This document shows positions 27,012 through 36,760 of a DNA stretch of 42,797 nt, piece after piece. The translations under genes were made by a program, and so were the position numbers. Origin of the DNA: Gemmatimonadota bacterium (lineage in GTDB: Bacteria; Gemmatimonadota; Gemmatimonadetes; Gemmatimonadales; GWC2-71-9); NCBI GenBank assembly GCA_039586365.1, contig JBDHKN010000038.1:1-42797 (forward strand). The letters are read 5' to 3'. Below the pieces are notes generated by a model. That model had not been told where the DNA came from, did not search any database, and was given only the letters and a program-made list of their open reading frames with translations. Each line of letters starts with the position of its first letter. Within the stretch, counting starts at the first letter, position 1.

Positions 27012-30000
27012 ATGCGCATTCGCCTCAACCATAAGCGGCTAGTCGAGCTCCTCGCCGAGAGCAAGTTGAGCCAGAACCACTGGGCTATCCGGCTGGGTCT
27101 GTCCAAGGGGCATTGGTCGCAGATCGTGAATGGGAAGCACCCGTATCCATCCCAGAAGACGCGAGACCTCCTGTTGGAAGCGCTAGGGGTCTCGTTCGAG
27201 GAGTTGTTCGCACATGAGTCGCAGCCGGGGGTGGATGCCGATTTCCAGGCCGCGATTGCCGATCGCTATCTCTTGGAGAAGGAACTCGGTCACGGCGGGA
27301 TGGGGACCGTGTACTTGGCCCGTGACGTGAAACACGGGCGACTGGTGGCGGTCAAGGTCGTGTCACCAGAAGCTGTGAGCGGAATCGGCGCGGAGCAGTT
27401 CCTGAAGGAGATCCGTTACACTGCGAGACTCGAGCACCATCACGTCCTTCCCCTGTACGACTCGGGCCGGGCCGCAGGCCACCCCTACTACGTGATGCCG
27501 TACGTGCGCGGTGGTTCCTTACGCGACCGCCTGCACCGTGACGGCCGGCTCACCGTGGAAGAAGTCCTGACGATAGTGAGTGGCATTGCTGCGGCGCTCA
27601 AATACGCGCACGACCGGCAAGTACTGCACTGCGACGTGAAACCGGAGAACGTCCTGCTTTCGGAGGACCATCCCTACGTGGCCGACTTCGGCATCTCGCG
27701 AGCCATACACGCCGAGGTGTTCGAGTGGGGCAGGCGGCGGGAGATAGACTCTTCGGCGGGAACACCAGCTTACGTGAGTCCCGAACAAGCCACGGGCGAG
27801 CAGAATCTGGATGCCCGGTCGGATGTCTACAGCTTGGCCTGCCTTACGTTCGAGATGCTCTCCGGGGAAAAACCGTTCGCTGGTACGAAGACGATGGAAG
27901 TGGTGGCGAAGCGGTTCCGCGAAACCGTTCCCGATCTGAGATTTCGTGCCCCACACATCCCGGCCACACTCGCAGCGGCCGTACAGCGAGCCATGGCCCT
28001 GGATCCGAATGCGCGTACACCAACGGCGGCGGTGTTTCTGGCCGATCTAGAGCGCGCTGATAAGCGTAGGAGTTTGCCGGGGCTAGATGCCGCGGGTCGC
28101 GCTGCAACAGCCCTATGGTCGCTGGGGAGAAGAGCGCTCGGGGTCGGTAAGAGAACGAGACGAGGAACGTTGTTGGAGAACGTCTGGCAGGATGTGCGCT
28201 ACGCCGGCCGGTCACTGTTGCGGAGGCCGGCGTTCACGGCGGCGGCGGTCGGAACGCTCGCACTCGGCATCGGAGCGGTAACCGCGATCTTCAGCGTGGT
28301 GAACGCGGTGCTGGTCCGCCCGCTTGATTACCCTGACCCGGACCGTTTGGTCGTGATGGACTTCGTACCAGCCAACGCGGAGGCGCAGTCTGCTTGGGCA
28401 TCGTTCGAAGAGTACATGGCGCGCCACGCGAGGCGCAGCGTCACCTACCCGAACTTTGAGCGCTGGCGCGATGCCGCCGGCGACATCTTCGCGGAACTGG
28501 GGATCTACGATGATGCCTGGACTTACGACATCAACTTCGGTGGCGGAACGGAGCGGCTGCCGGGAACGATTGTCTCCGCCGGCGTCTTCCGGGCCCTCGG
28601 CGTACCTCCCGCGGTGGGTCGCTGGTTCAGTGACGAGGAGGACGTACCGGGCAGCGCCCGCGCCGTTGTCCTGAGCTACGGTCTGTGGCAACGCCGCTTG
28701 GGTGGTAGAACCGATGCCGTGGGTCGGACCGTGCAGATCCGCGAGGAACCCTACACAGTGGTGGGGATCATGCCCCGGGGCTTCGGGTTTCCGTCACCGG
28801 CTGTGCAGTTCTGGATTCCCATGGCCGCTGGCGAGCGCGGGCCTGGCGCGTGGAATTACGAGGTGGTCGGCCGAGTCCTACGCAAGGCTACGCCGGATCA
28901 GGCCACGGTGCAGCTCGAGGCTCGCACGATCCTGGAATTGGCGCGGGACGGGAGTGAGCGGGAGTTCGGCGCTACTCTGTCCACGCTGCAAGAACGTCTG
29001 GTCGGCGACGTCCGGCCGCTGCTACTCATCTTCATGGCAGCCGTCACTGCGGTCTTGCTCATTGCTTGTGTTAACGTAGTGAATCTCATGCTCACACGCG
29101 CCACCAGCCAGGAGCACGAGCACACCATACGCACCGCGTTGGGTGCTGGGCCGCGACGCCTCGCGCAGCAGTTGCTTACCGAGAGCACGGTAGTGAGCCT
29201 GCTGGGAGCGGGGTTGGGGTACCTGCTGGCGTTTGCCTTGACCGACGTTCTGGTAGCTCTGGCGCCCGGCTCCATTCCCAGGCGGGAAGAGATCGGAATG
29301 GACTGGGTCGTGTTCAGCTTCACCTTGGGTGTCGCGCTGTTGGTAGGCGTCGGCATCTGCCTGGTCCCAGCTCTCAGAGCGGTCAAGATCGATCTGGTGA
29401 GCCGGCTCAACGAGGGGCCGCGCGGCTCTTCCGGTGGAGGACGGCAGGGTAGGATTCGCGACGGGCTGGTGGTGGTTCAGCTGGGCTTGGCGTTGGTTCT
29501 CTTGGTGTCTGCGGGTCTGCTGGTCAAGAGCTTCACCGGTGTGCTGGCTGAGGAGACCGGTTTCGTCGCTCGGAACGTGTTAACCTTTGAAACGTCGTTA
29601 CCTGCGTCCCGTTACCCCAGTTTCGAGTCACGGCGTCTGTTCTATGCTGAGTTGCTAGACAAATCGCGCGCCTTGCCGGGAGTGCAGGCAGCAGCCCTCG
29701 TCGTGTACCTGCCGGCTAGTGGGTGGTTTCACTCCACGGATTACGAGGTCGAGGGATATACCGCGGGCCCCGGCGAGGAACTCACCGCCGAGATCAAGCA
29801 GATCAGTGTAGACTACTTCGCTACCATGGGCATTTCCCTCTTGGAGGGTCGGGCGTTCGACAACCGCGACGATCAATCTGCGCCCAGCGTCGTGATAGTG
29901 AACGAGTCGATGGCACGGCGCTACTGGGGTCAGGGTGGGGCGATCGGGGAGCGGATCAAGTTGGACGAGGAGTGGAGCACCGTGGTAGGGGTCGTGCACG

Positions 30001-30611
30001 ATGTGCGGTACCGCGGGGCGGAACGCGAAGCACCCAAGATCTACCTGCCCTACGCCGCGGGCACTAGGCTCGGTAGCATGGATGCGGTGCTGCGCGTTGA
30101 GGGCCGCCCCGAGGACCTGGTACCGACCATCAGACAGCTGCTCGCGTCGCTGGATCTGCAGGTCACACTTTATGGCATCCAGCCTCTGGAGGATATCCTG
30201 TGGAGCGCGGTTGCAGCTCCGCGCTTCCGTACTCTCTTACTCGTCAGTTTCGCCGTTCTCTCGTTGCTGCTCTCCGTGGTCGGAGTTTATGGCGTGATGG
30301 CATATTCTGTGGAGCAGCGCACCCGTGAACTTGGCATCCGAATGGCGCTCGGAGCTGAGCACAGCCACGTGGTGTGGACTGTAGCAGCACGCGGCATGGC
30401 GCTCACCCTGGCCGGCATTTCGCTCGGAGCACTAGGTGCCTACGGGGCGGCGGGAGTCCTCAGGAGCTACTTGTACAACCTGCAACCACAGGACCCGGCG
30501 ACCTTCGTCGCTGCAGCTGCCGCGTTGGCCCTGGCGTCGCTGCTAGCCTGCTGCATTCCGGCGTTTCGGGCGACGCAGGTCGATCCGCTGATTGCGCTCC
30601 GAGCCGAGTGA
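27012..30611 (+). CDS. XRE-HTH / Ser-Thr protein kinase / ADOP ABC-permease fusion
   Basis: N-terminal LSQNHWAIRLGLSKGHWSQIVNG HTH; LGHGGMGTVY, VAVK, HCDVKPEN, DFG, GTPAYVSPE; then QDVRYAGRSLLRRPAF...DPLIALRAE, all in one frame. Confidence 0.92.
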   Translation: MRIRLNHKRLVELLAESKLSQNHWAIRLGLSKGHWSQIVNGKHPYPSQKTRDLLLEALGVSFEELFAHESQPGVDADFQAAIADRYLLEKELGHGGMGTVYLARDVKHGRLVAVKVVSPEAVSGIGAEQFLKEIRYTARLEHHHVLPLYDSGRAAGHPYYVMPYVRGGSLRDRLHRDGRLTVEEVLTIVSGIAAALKYAHDRQVLHCDVKPENVLLSEDHPYVADFGISRAIHAEVFEWGRRREIDSSAGTPAYVSPEQATGEQNLDARSDVYSLACLTFEMLSGEKPFAGTKTMEVVAKRFRETVPDLRFRAPHIPATLAAAVQRAMALDPNARTPTAAVFLADLERADKRRSLPGLDAAGRAATALWSLGRRALGVGKRTRRGTLLENVWQDVRYAGRSLLRRPAFTAAAVGTLALGIGAVTAIFSVVNAVLVRPLDYPDPDRLVVMDFVPANAEAQSAWASFEEYMARHARRSVTYPNFERWRDAAGDIFAELGIYDDAWTYDINFGGGTERLPGTIVSAGVFRALGVPPAVGRWFSDEEDVPGSARAVVLSYGLWQRRLGGRTDAVGRTVQIREEPYTVVGIMPRGFGFPSPAVQFWIPMAAGERGPGAWNYEVVGRVLRKATPDQATVQLEARTILELARDGSEREFGATLSTLQERLVGDVRPLLLIFMAAVTAVLLIACVNVVNLMLTRATSQEHEHTIRTALGAGPRRLAQQLLTESTVVSLLGAGLGYLLAFALTDVLVALAPGSIPRREEIGMDWVVFSFTLGVALLVGVGICLVPALRAVKIDLVSRLNEGPRGSSGGGRQGRIRDGLVVVQLGLALVLLVSAGLLVKSFTGVLAEETGFVARNVLTFETSLPASRYPSFESRRLFYAELLDKSRALPGVQAAALVVYLPASGWFHSTDYEVEGYTAGPGEELTAEIKQISVDYFATMGISLLEGRAFDNRDDQSAPSVVIVNESMARRYWGQGGAIGERIKLDEEWSTVVGVVHDVRYRGAEREAPKIYLPYAAGTRLGSMDAVLRVEGRPEDLVPTIRQLLASLDLQVTLYGIQPLEDILWSAVAAPRFRTLLLVSFAVLSLLLSVVGVYGVMAYSVEQRTRELGIRMALGAEHSHVVWTVAARGMALTLAGISLGALGAYGAAGVLRSYLYNLQPQDPATFVAAAAALALASLLACCIPAFRATQVDPLIALRAE

Positions 30612-30710
30612 AGGAGTGAATCTGCGCGAGTGAGGCGGGGTGGGAGTGCGTGGAATGTGCGTCTGTCCATAGCTTCCATGCCTGGGCCACTCGGCGCTCC
30701 GCAGAATAGG

Positions 30711-30872
30711 TCATCTCGGTTGTGCGAAGTTCATCAAGAACCAATAGAGTGCATGACCGCTCTTCCACCAGAGCATAGAAAGCCAACCCAAGGCTAAGCC
30801 CAGCAGTGCCAGGATTGTCAGATCCTCGAGGATGACGACGCAGTTGTAGAGTACTCTATGGATCGATCTCAT
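30711..30872 (-). CDS. Small hypothetical membrane protein (53 aa)
   Basis: AAGGA RBS 6 nt before the ATG; one hydrophobic helix; divergent from marR. Confidence 0.4.
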   Translation of the reverse strand: MRSIHRVLYNCVVILEDLTILALLGLALGWLSMLWWKSGHALYWFLMNFAQPR

Positions 30873-30986
30873 TCCCAATCCTTGAAGCCGGTCCGGGTGA
30901 ACCACTGCTGAAGTCCCGCGATTTTCGGTCCGCGGCACAGAGCCGAGATAGCCAGACCATAAGGCAACACGGATCTGTCGAACATC

Positions 30987-31046
30987 TAACTTGATGTCAG
31001 GATACTTTATATCAAGCTTTCTGTCAAGTATCTTGACGTTGACTAA
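30987..31046. promoter_or_regulatory. Three PecS/TamR-like operator sites
   Basis: TAACTTGATGTCAGGATA, ATACTTTATATCAAGCTT and TATCTTGACGTTGACTAA resemble TATCTT-N6-AAGATA; AT-rich patch upstream of marR. Confidence 0.65.
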
Positions 31047-31076
31047 CTTGTTGTGTAGCGATAACTTTCTCGTTCC

Positions 31077-31577
31077 ATGCTAGACCAAGTCGACATGATC
31101 TTGTTTCAGTGGGAGGAAGAACGGCCGGATCTCGACCCGTCGCCGCTCGCCATCCTGACACGGGTCGCCCGTCTCGCCAAGCACATCACAAACAGCCTGA
31201 AGGAGACGCTTGCTCCGTTTGGACTGGACTCCTGGAGCTTCGATGTGCTCAGCGCGCTGCGACGCCAGGGAGAGCCGTTTGCCATGACGCCCACGGAGCT
31301 GCGACGGGCAACGATTCTGACCTCCGGCGCGATGACCAACCGGATCGATCGACTGGAGGTGCGTGGTTTGGTCGAGCGCGGCGCGGATCCGAGCGACCGT
31401 AGGGGGATCCAAGTGTACCTCACGGCTCAAGGCCTCGAGCTGATCGATGAAGCTGTCGTAGCCCGCTTGGACAGTGCGGAGCAGCTGGTGTCGCGCCTGA
31501 ACACACACGAGCGAGATCAGCTGGCTGGCCTGTTGCGGAAGCTGTTGCTGGCAACGCCATTTGAAGCTGTGCACTAG
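31077..31577 (+). CDS. MarR regulator, UrtR (TamR/PecS/HucR) subfamily
   Basis: DQVD..QW..ERPDLD N-terminal helix; FDVLSALRR; SGAMTNRIDRLE; DPSDRRG. Confidence 0.9.
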   Translation: MLDQVDMILFQWEEERPDLDPSPLAILTRVARLAKHITNSLKETLAPFGLDSWSFDVLSALRRQGEPFAMTPTELRRATILTSGAMTNRIDRLEVRGLVERGADPSDRRGIQVYLTAQGLELIDEAVVARLDSAEQLVSRLNTHERDQLAGLLRKLLLATPFEAVH

Positions 31578-31673
31578 CCGACGGCTGTTGCGCGGAACGG
31601 TAGCACATCTGATGAATCACGCCGCGACCGCGGTATATTGCTCTACTCCATACTCCGCAGCTGAGGGACCACC

Positions 31674-32669
31674 ATGCGCACCTGGAACCGACGGCAGTTC
31701 GTTGAGACGTCCGCCATGAGCCTCGCAGTGCTGGCAACGGGTAGACTCGGCTGGCCTGCGCCTCCGAGCGCACGGGTCAGTCTGGTTACAGTTGGCCAGG
31801 GAGGGCGCGACGCCGCAATCCGGCAGGCAGTTGAGCTCGTGGGGGCGCCCGAGTTGGCCGGCAAGTGGGTGGCTTTGAAACCCAACTTCAACAGCGCTCA
31901 TCCGTTTCCGGGGTCTACTCACCCGGATACCCTCACATCGTTGGTGCGTCTCACCAAGGAGCTCGGTGCCGACCGAGTGACTGTTCCTGACCGGAGTGGC
32001 ATGGGGAACACACGCAAAGTCATGGAAGACCTAGGCGTGCTCGAGAGGTCAGCCAAGTGGGACTTCGAGGCTCTGCCGCTCGACGATCTCCCAGCCAGGG
32101 ATTGGGTCCACGTGGAGCACCCGGAACTCCACTGGAGCCAGGGATTCCACTTGGCCCGGATTTATCGCGAGGCCGATGCCATCGTTCAGACCTGCTGTCT
32201 GAAGACGCATCGGTTTGGCGGGCACTTCACCTTCTCGCTCAAGAACAGCGTCGGTATGGTGGCTAAGCGGGTACCGGGCATCGAGCACGACTTCATGCGT
32301 GAACTGCATGGCTCGGAGCATCAGCGCCGCATGATCGCCGAGATCAATCTGTCATATCAGCCCGCCATCGTGGTGATGGACGCGGTCGAGTGCTTCACCG
32401 ATCGCGGGCCCGAGGCCGGTACCGTTGCACGACCCAACGTTGTTCTCGCATCCACCGATAGGGTCGCGATCGATGCCGTGGGCGTTGCCATCCTCAGGGG
32501 GCAGGGCACCACCCCAGAAGTCACGGCAGGCCGCGTATTCGAGTTGGAGCAGATCGCGCGGGCCGGCGAGCTGGGGATCGGAGTAGACAGCTCCGACCGG
32601 ATCGAGATCGTCACCGCCGGCCCCGAAAGCGAGCGTTACGCTGGCCAGCTGAAAACCCTATTGAGCTGA
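31674..32669 (+). CDS. Tat-signal DUF362 domain protein
   Basis: NRRQFV; VALKPNFN, STHP, LKTHRFGG.FTFSLKNSVG, DRVAIDAVG. Confidence 0.85.
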   Translation: MRTWNRRQFVETSAMSLAVLATGRLGWPAPPSARVSLVTVGQGGRDAAIRQAVELVGAPELAGKWVALKPNFNSAHPFPGSTHPDTLTSLVRLTKELGADRVTVPDRSGMGNTRKVMEDLGVLERSAKWDFEALPLDDLPARDWVHVEHPELHWSQGFHLARIYREADAIVQTCCLKTHRFGGHFTFSLKNSVGMVAKRVPGIEHDFMRELHGSEHQRRMIAEINLSYQPAIVVMDAVECFTDRGPEAGTVARPNVVLASTDRVAIDAVGVAILRGQGTTPEVTAGRVFELEQIARAGELGIGVDSSDRIEIVTAGPESERYAGQLKTLLS

Positions 32670-32834
32670 CGCGGTGTCCGTCCAATCTGCCAGCATCAAG
32701 CTAGTTCCGGCGCAACTCAGGGCTACGCGACAGTGTGGATTACGGGCGTTCCAGCACTCTTGTTGCTTGCAACTGAGGCGTCTCCAATTGAAGTTAGATC
32801 CCAACACGTGATTGGTCACTCCTTACCTGATCGG

Positions 32835-34253
32835 ATGAGAAGCTCGGTTCTGCAAATACTGTTTGGTCTGGGCTCACTGCTCTGCCTCAGTGCAGTCTGC
32901 TTGGCACAAGACTTTCCTTCCGCCGAGCAGCTACTGAACGATCTCGCCTGTGGCAACTGCCACAGCGGCATTGCAGTCGAGAGCGGCGTTCTGGAAAAGA
33001 CTCCGGATCTCACCGATGCCGGACTCAGGTATAGCCCAGATTATCTCTTCAGTTTCCTGCAGTATCCCGTGAGAATCCGCCAGCACATCGGCTTCTCTCG
33101 CATGCCGAATTTCTACTTGGACCAGAGGGAAAGTTTGGCCCTGACTCTCTTCCTAGGGGAACAGATATCTACAGGAAGCGAAAGGCCCGATTTTCCGCCT
33201 CAGGAGAGCTTTGAAGCGGTCAGGTCGAGCAACCCAGACGTCACGGCTAGCATGGGCAGAGAGCTGTTCTCATCCCTGAACTGCCTCGGCTGTCACAAAC
33301 ACGCTTCTCTTGATCCATGGGAAGAGAAGATCGCCCCCAACCTGGGGTTTGAGGGTGCCAGGGTGACAGCGGAGTGGTTGACGGCGTATCTCAAAAAACC
33401 ACAAGCGCTGCGACCTTTCGGTTACTACCCCGGAGCTGGCAGCCGCCATCCTGACTTCCTGCTCACCGAGAACGAAGTTGATACTCTCGCCAGCTTCTTG
33501 ATGAGGCAGCGGGGTGGCTTCGAGTATCAGGCACAGTACTATGACCCGAAGGCGTTGGTGCCGGGCACGATTGTCGGGGAAGAGACCCTGGTACAGTTCC
33601 TCGAGCCTACCGAGCTGGTGCGCTTCTCGATGACAAAGGCAGAAGGACTGTTGCGCGAGAAACTACCCTGTCTGGGATGTCATCGCTTGGGTGACGACGG
33701 AGGAAGGCTTGGTCCTGATCTGTCGTCGCTCACAACCAGGTTGCAGTCTGACTTCGCACGGCAGATCATCCGGAATCCACAGGGCGTCGTCGCGGAAAAC
33801 GTCATGCCACAGGTCGTTCTCCCGCCCAAGACAGCGGATCTGATCGAGAACTATCTCATCCAACAGAAGATCCCGCGAGACAGCTCACTGTATCTCTCCC
33901 TGGTTGAGAATCGCCCGCTCTTGCATGAGGACCTGGAGGGAGGCGAGAGGCTATATGTGAAGCATTGTGCCGCGTGTCATGGCATCAGTGGCGACGGCGA
34001 TGGCTACAACGCCGAGTATCTACCGGTGGCTCCCATCAAACACTCCGACTCTACCTACATGTCCGGCCGACCGGATGATGTTTTGTTTGACGGTATCTAT
34101 GCCGGCGGCTACATCCTCAACAAGAGTCAGAGAATGCCCCCCTGGGGGTTCACCTTGGAGCGCAACGAAATCTGGCAGCTCGTTGCCTATTTGAGGCAGC
34201 TGTGTCGCTGCGAGGGTCCGGCCTGGTCGCGGGACAACAAGAGGCTTCGCTGA
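32835..34253 (+). CDS. Tetraheme cytochrome c (four class-I-like domains)
   Basis: CGNCH, CLGCH, CLGCH, CAACH; downstream RMP/VMP/RMP Met ligands (SRHP in domain 2); signal peptide; start uncertain (32733-32835). Confidence 0.85.
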   Translation: MRSSVLQILFGLGSLLCLSAVCLAQDFPSAEQLLNDLACGNCHSGIAVESGVLEKTPDLTDAGLRYSPDYLFSFLQYPVRIRQHIGFSRMPNFYLDQRESLALTLFLGEQISTGSERPDFPPQESFEAVRSSNPDVTASMGRELFSSLNCLGCHKHASLDPWEEKIAPNLGFEGARVTAEWLTAYLKKPQALRPFGYYPGAGSRHPDFLLTENEVDTLASFLMRQRGGFEYQAQYYDPKALVPGTIVGEETLVQFLEPTELVRFSMTKAEGLLREKLPCLGCHRLGDDGGRLGPDLSSLTTRLQSDFARQIIRNPQGVVAENVMPQVVLPPKTADLIENYLIQQKIPRDSSLYLSLVENRPLLHEDLEGGERLYVKHCAACHGISGDGDGYNAEYLPVAPIKHSDSTYMSGRPDDVLFDGIYAGGYILNKSQRMPPWGFTLERNEIWQLVAYLRQLCRCEGPAWSRDNKRLR

Positions 34254-34254
34254 G

Positions 34255-34638
34255 CTACCGTACAATCAGCTTGCCCCTCATGTGCATGTGGAAGTCACTG
34301 CACCATACTGAGCAATAGAAGCCGTACTCTCCTGCGACCTGCGGAGTGAACGTTATTTCCTTCACGTCACCAGCCTTGATCTCTCCAGCGGTGAGGTCCA
34401 ACCCGGGCAGATAGAAACCGTGGGTGACTGCGTCCACGTTTCGTATGACCAATGTGACTTTCTGACCCTGCTCGACCTCAATAGTCTGAGGAGACCAGTT
34501 ACCCTTTTCGGGTGCCCGTGCAAGCAGCTCCACGGTGGCCGGTTGGCTCGCAGATGCTGAACAGCCGATGGTTGCCAGCACGGCAGCCATGGCAATGAGC
34601 ACGACCAAGGACGGATTGAGGGCTGTCTGCCTACGCAC
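34255..34638 (-). CDS. CuA-type cupredoxin lipoprotein (COX2-like domain)
   Basis: DAVTHGF...CSVWCSDFHMHM; ATIGC lipobox-like; GTG start inferred. Confidence 0.8.
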   Translation of the reverse strand: MRRQTALNPSLVVLIAMAAVLATIGCSASASQPATVELLARAPEKGNWSPQTIEVEQGQKVTLVIRNVDAVTHGFYLPGLDLTAGEIKAGDVKEITFTPQVAGEYGFYCSVWCSDFHMHMRGKLIVR

Positions 34639-34643
34639 CAGAG

Positions 34644-36536
34644 CTAGCCCTCGAACAGCCATACAAAGAATACGCCCAGCGCGATTATGAACAGCAACAT
34701 AGGAATCCAACCTCGGGTCGCCTCCCGCTCGGTCGTGAAGATCCGGTTCGCAAACCTGTATCCGTACTCCAGCGAGAAAGCCAATCCGACGAACAGAAGC
34801 GACAGCTGCAGGTAAGGTAGCGCCCCCGTTAGAAACGGAGTCCACTGATAGCCCGCCGTTCCAAACAGGTCCCACCCCCTGGAGAACGGATCAGAGAAGA
34901 CGCGAGGTAGATAGCTGCCATTGGGAAGGAGAATACCCAGGCTGAAGGCTGCCCACCTAGCTACGCCCAAGGGGACGAGACAGTAGGAGAAATCCACGAA
35001 GATCTTCTTGAGCGGGACCTCCCTGTTGCCACTCGCCTTCTTTGAGAGGTAAGAGACAACCAGAAACAAGACCGGGATCAGCCCGAGATTGAGTAACAGG
35101 TAGCCCCCGAGAAACAACCCGTAGCCGCCCAAGCTCGCTGCCATCACCATGTCCTTGAGCCACCCGTACGGTCCCTGCATCGTGAGGAAGAAGGCGAACA
35201 GGATGCCGATCATGGTCAGGCTCTTGAAGGCCTCGTCCAACCCTCGGCGGTTCTGCAGCTCATCGGTGCGCCTGCGTTCGGCGAGCAGATCGGTCCCGAA
35301 CGGTCTGACATTGAAGGCCATGTTGTCGTGTGGGCAGGTCTTGAAGCACTCCATACACAGGCCGCAGTACGTGTTGCGGTTCATGTCGAAGGGCAGTTCC
35401 ATCCAGGGACAACCATAGCCATGCTCATTCCCCAGGTAGCATGTCTTTGGTGTGTGAGTCTTGCAGATATCCGGGTCTTTGACTCTCACCTCACATGCCG
35501 CGAAGTTCGAATACAGGCCCTGAAAGCCGCTCACAGGGCAGAGGTAGAGACAAAAAGTGCGCTTCTCGTAGATGAGGGAGATGACAATCGCCCCGATCAC
35601 TATCAAAGCCAACAGGACGAAGGTCGCAAAAGGCTGGACCGTGAAGAATCCGACAAACAGGGTCGAAAGAAGGAAGCAAGCCGTCACGGGCCAGAGGTTG
35701 CGAAACCGCTTGGGCCATTTCTTGTTGAGGCCCCAGGATTTCTGTCTGCCGCCACTGCCGAGCGTACCCCGCTGCAACCAATCTCCAACCAGAGGGAACG
35801 GGCAGGCCATGCACCAGAAACGGCCAACGACGGGAACGAAGATCGTCATCAACAACACCCACCAGAGAATCCATACGACCATGACACCGAAGTTGACGTT
35901 CCCGGCGGAAAAACCTCCGGCGAAACCCGCAACCAGAATTACGACGAAGACAAAGAAGTTCAGGAGAATGAACACGAGTGGGAACCAGCGGCTCTTGAAT
36001 AGCGCTCTGATGGGCCTGTACTTGGTTAGCTCGAACCTCCAGTCAAGAGGAATCACACCGAACAGGTGAGTCCGGTGCTTCTCTCTTCTCCTACGACCGT
36101 ATGCCAATGACCCAATCCCGAGCAGCACCACGAGAGACACGCCCGCGTAGTACTTTCGGTTCGGCAGGACCCTGAGATGCCCGATCATATAGGGATGGAA
36201 GTGGCCGCAAGTCTCGGAACAGCGAAAAGCGAATCGACCGGTCTTGTTTGCTGTGAACCCGACTAGCTTGATGTCGCCAGGGGGAATGGTGGTCTGTTCA
36301 CCGTAGCCGTCCAAGTAGAACCCGTGAGTGACATCCTCACTGGCTAGTTTGATTACAACGGTCTCTCCTTCCTTGACTGTTATGACACTGGGTTTGTACT
36401 CGAACTTCCGTGCGGTTACTTCCACTGTTCTCTGGGTACCGACGAGATCGCCCGAGAACTCGCCTGAGCTGCCGCAGGCAGAGAGTGTGAGGCACGAAGC
36501 CACGAGGACGTATGTCGGAAGGAGCCGGTGGTCCAT
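34644..36536 (-). CDS. CuA cupredoxin fused to a NapH-like membrane 4Fe-4S polyferredoxin
   Basis: LSAC lipobox; DVTHGF...CSETCGHFHPYM; GRFWCMACP, FCLYLCP, CGLCMECFKTCP; many TM helices. Confidence 0.85.
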   Translation of the reverse strand: MDHRLLPTYVLVASCLTLSACGSSGEFSGDLVGTQRTVEVTARKFEYKPSVITVKEGETVVIKLASEDVTHGFYLDGYGEQTTIPPGDIKLVGFTANKTGRFAFRCSETCGHFHPYMIGHLRVLPNRKYYAGVSLVVLLGIGSLAYGRRRREKHRTHLFGVIPLDWRFELTKYRPIRALFKSRWFPLVFILLNFFVFVVILVAGFAGGFSAGNVNFGVMVVWILWWVLLMTIFVPVVGRFWCMACPFPLVGDWLQRGTLGSGGRQKSWGLNKKWPKRFRNLWPVTACFLLSTLFVGFFTVQPFATFVLLALIVIGAIVISLIYEKRTFCLYLCPVSGFQGLYSNFAACEVRVKDPDICKTHTPKTCYLGNEHGYGCPWMELPFDMNRNTYCGLCMECFKTCPHDNMAFNVRPFGTDLLAERRRTDELQNRRGLDEAFKSLTMIGILFAFFLTMQGPYGWLKDMVMAASLGGYGLFLGGYLLLNLGLIPVLFLVVSYLSKKASGNREVPLKKIFVDFSYCLVPLGVARWAAFSLGILLPNGSYLPRVFSDPFSRGWDLFGTAGYQWTPFLTGALPYLQLSLLFVGLAFSLEYGYRFANRIFTTEREATRGWIPMLLFIIALGVFFVWLFEG

Positions 36537-36760
36537 TACCAACTGTAAACTCAGAATGGCGACGTGGGAACCCGGGTACTAGCGTATCCCTGCGAACTGA
36601 ACGACAAATCTGTAACCCGGTTATGGAAGCGCGGGTGCGCATAAGGGAGTATTTTTGTGTTTGCAGACCGAGTGCCTTGGCCAAGACACAGTCCTGCACC
36701 TCCACTAGTTGAGCAGCCCAGAGATACCAGCCCGCTGCAGAGAACCGGGGCACATGACGG

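Noticed and set aside
34255..36536. Cytochrome c oxidase or nos operon
   Set aside because: Only CuA domains are present; no subunit I, no NosZ catalytic domain, no nosDFY
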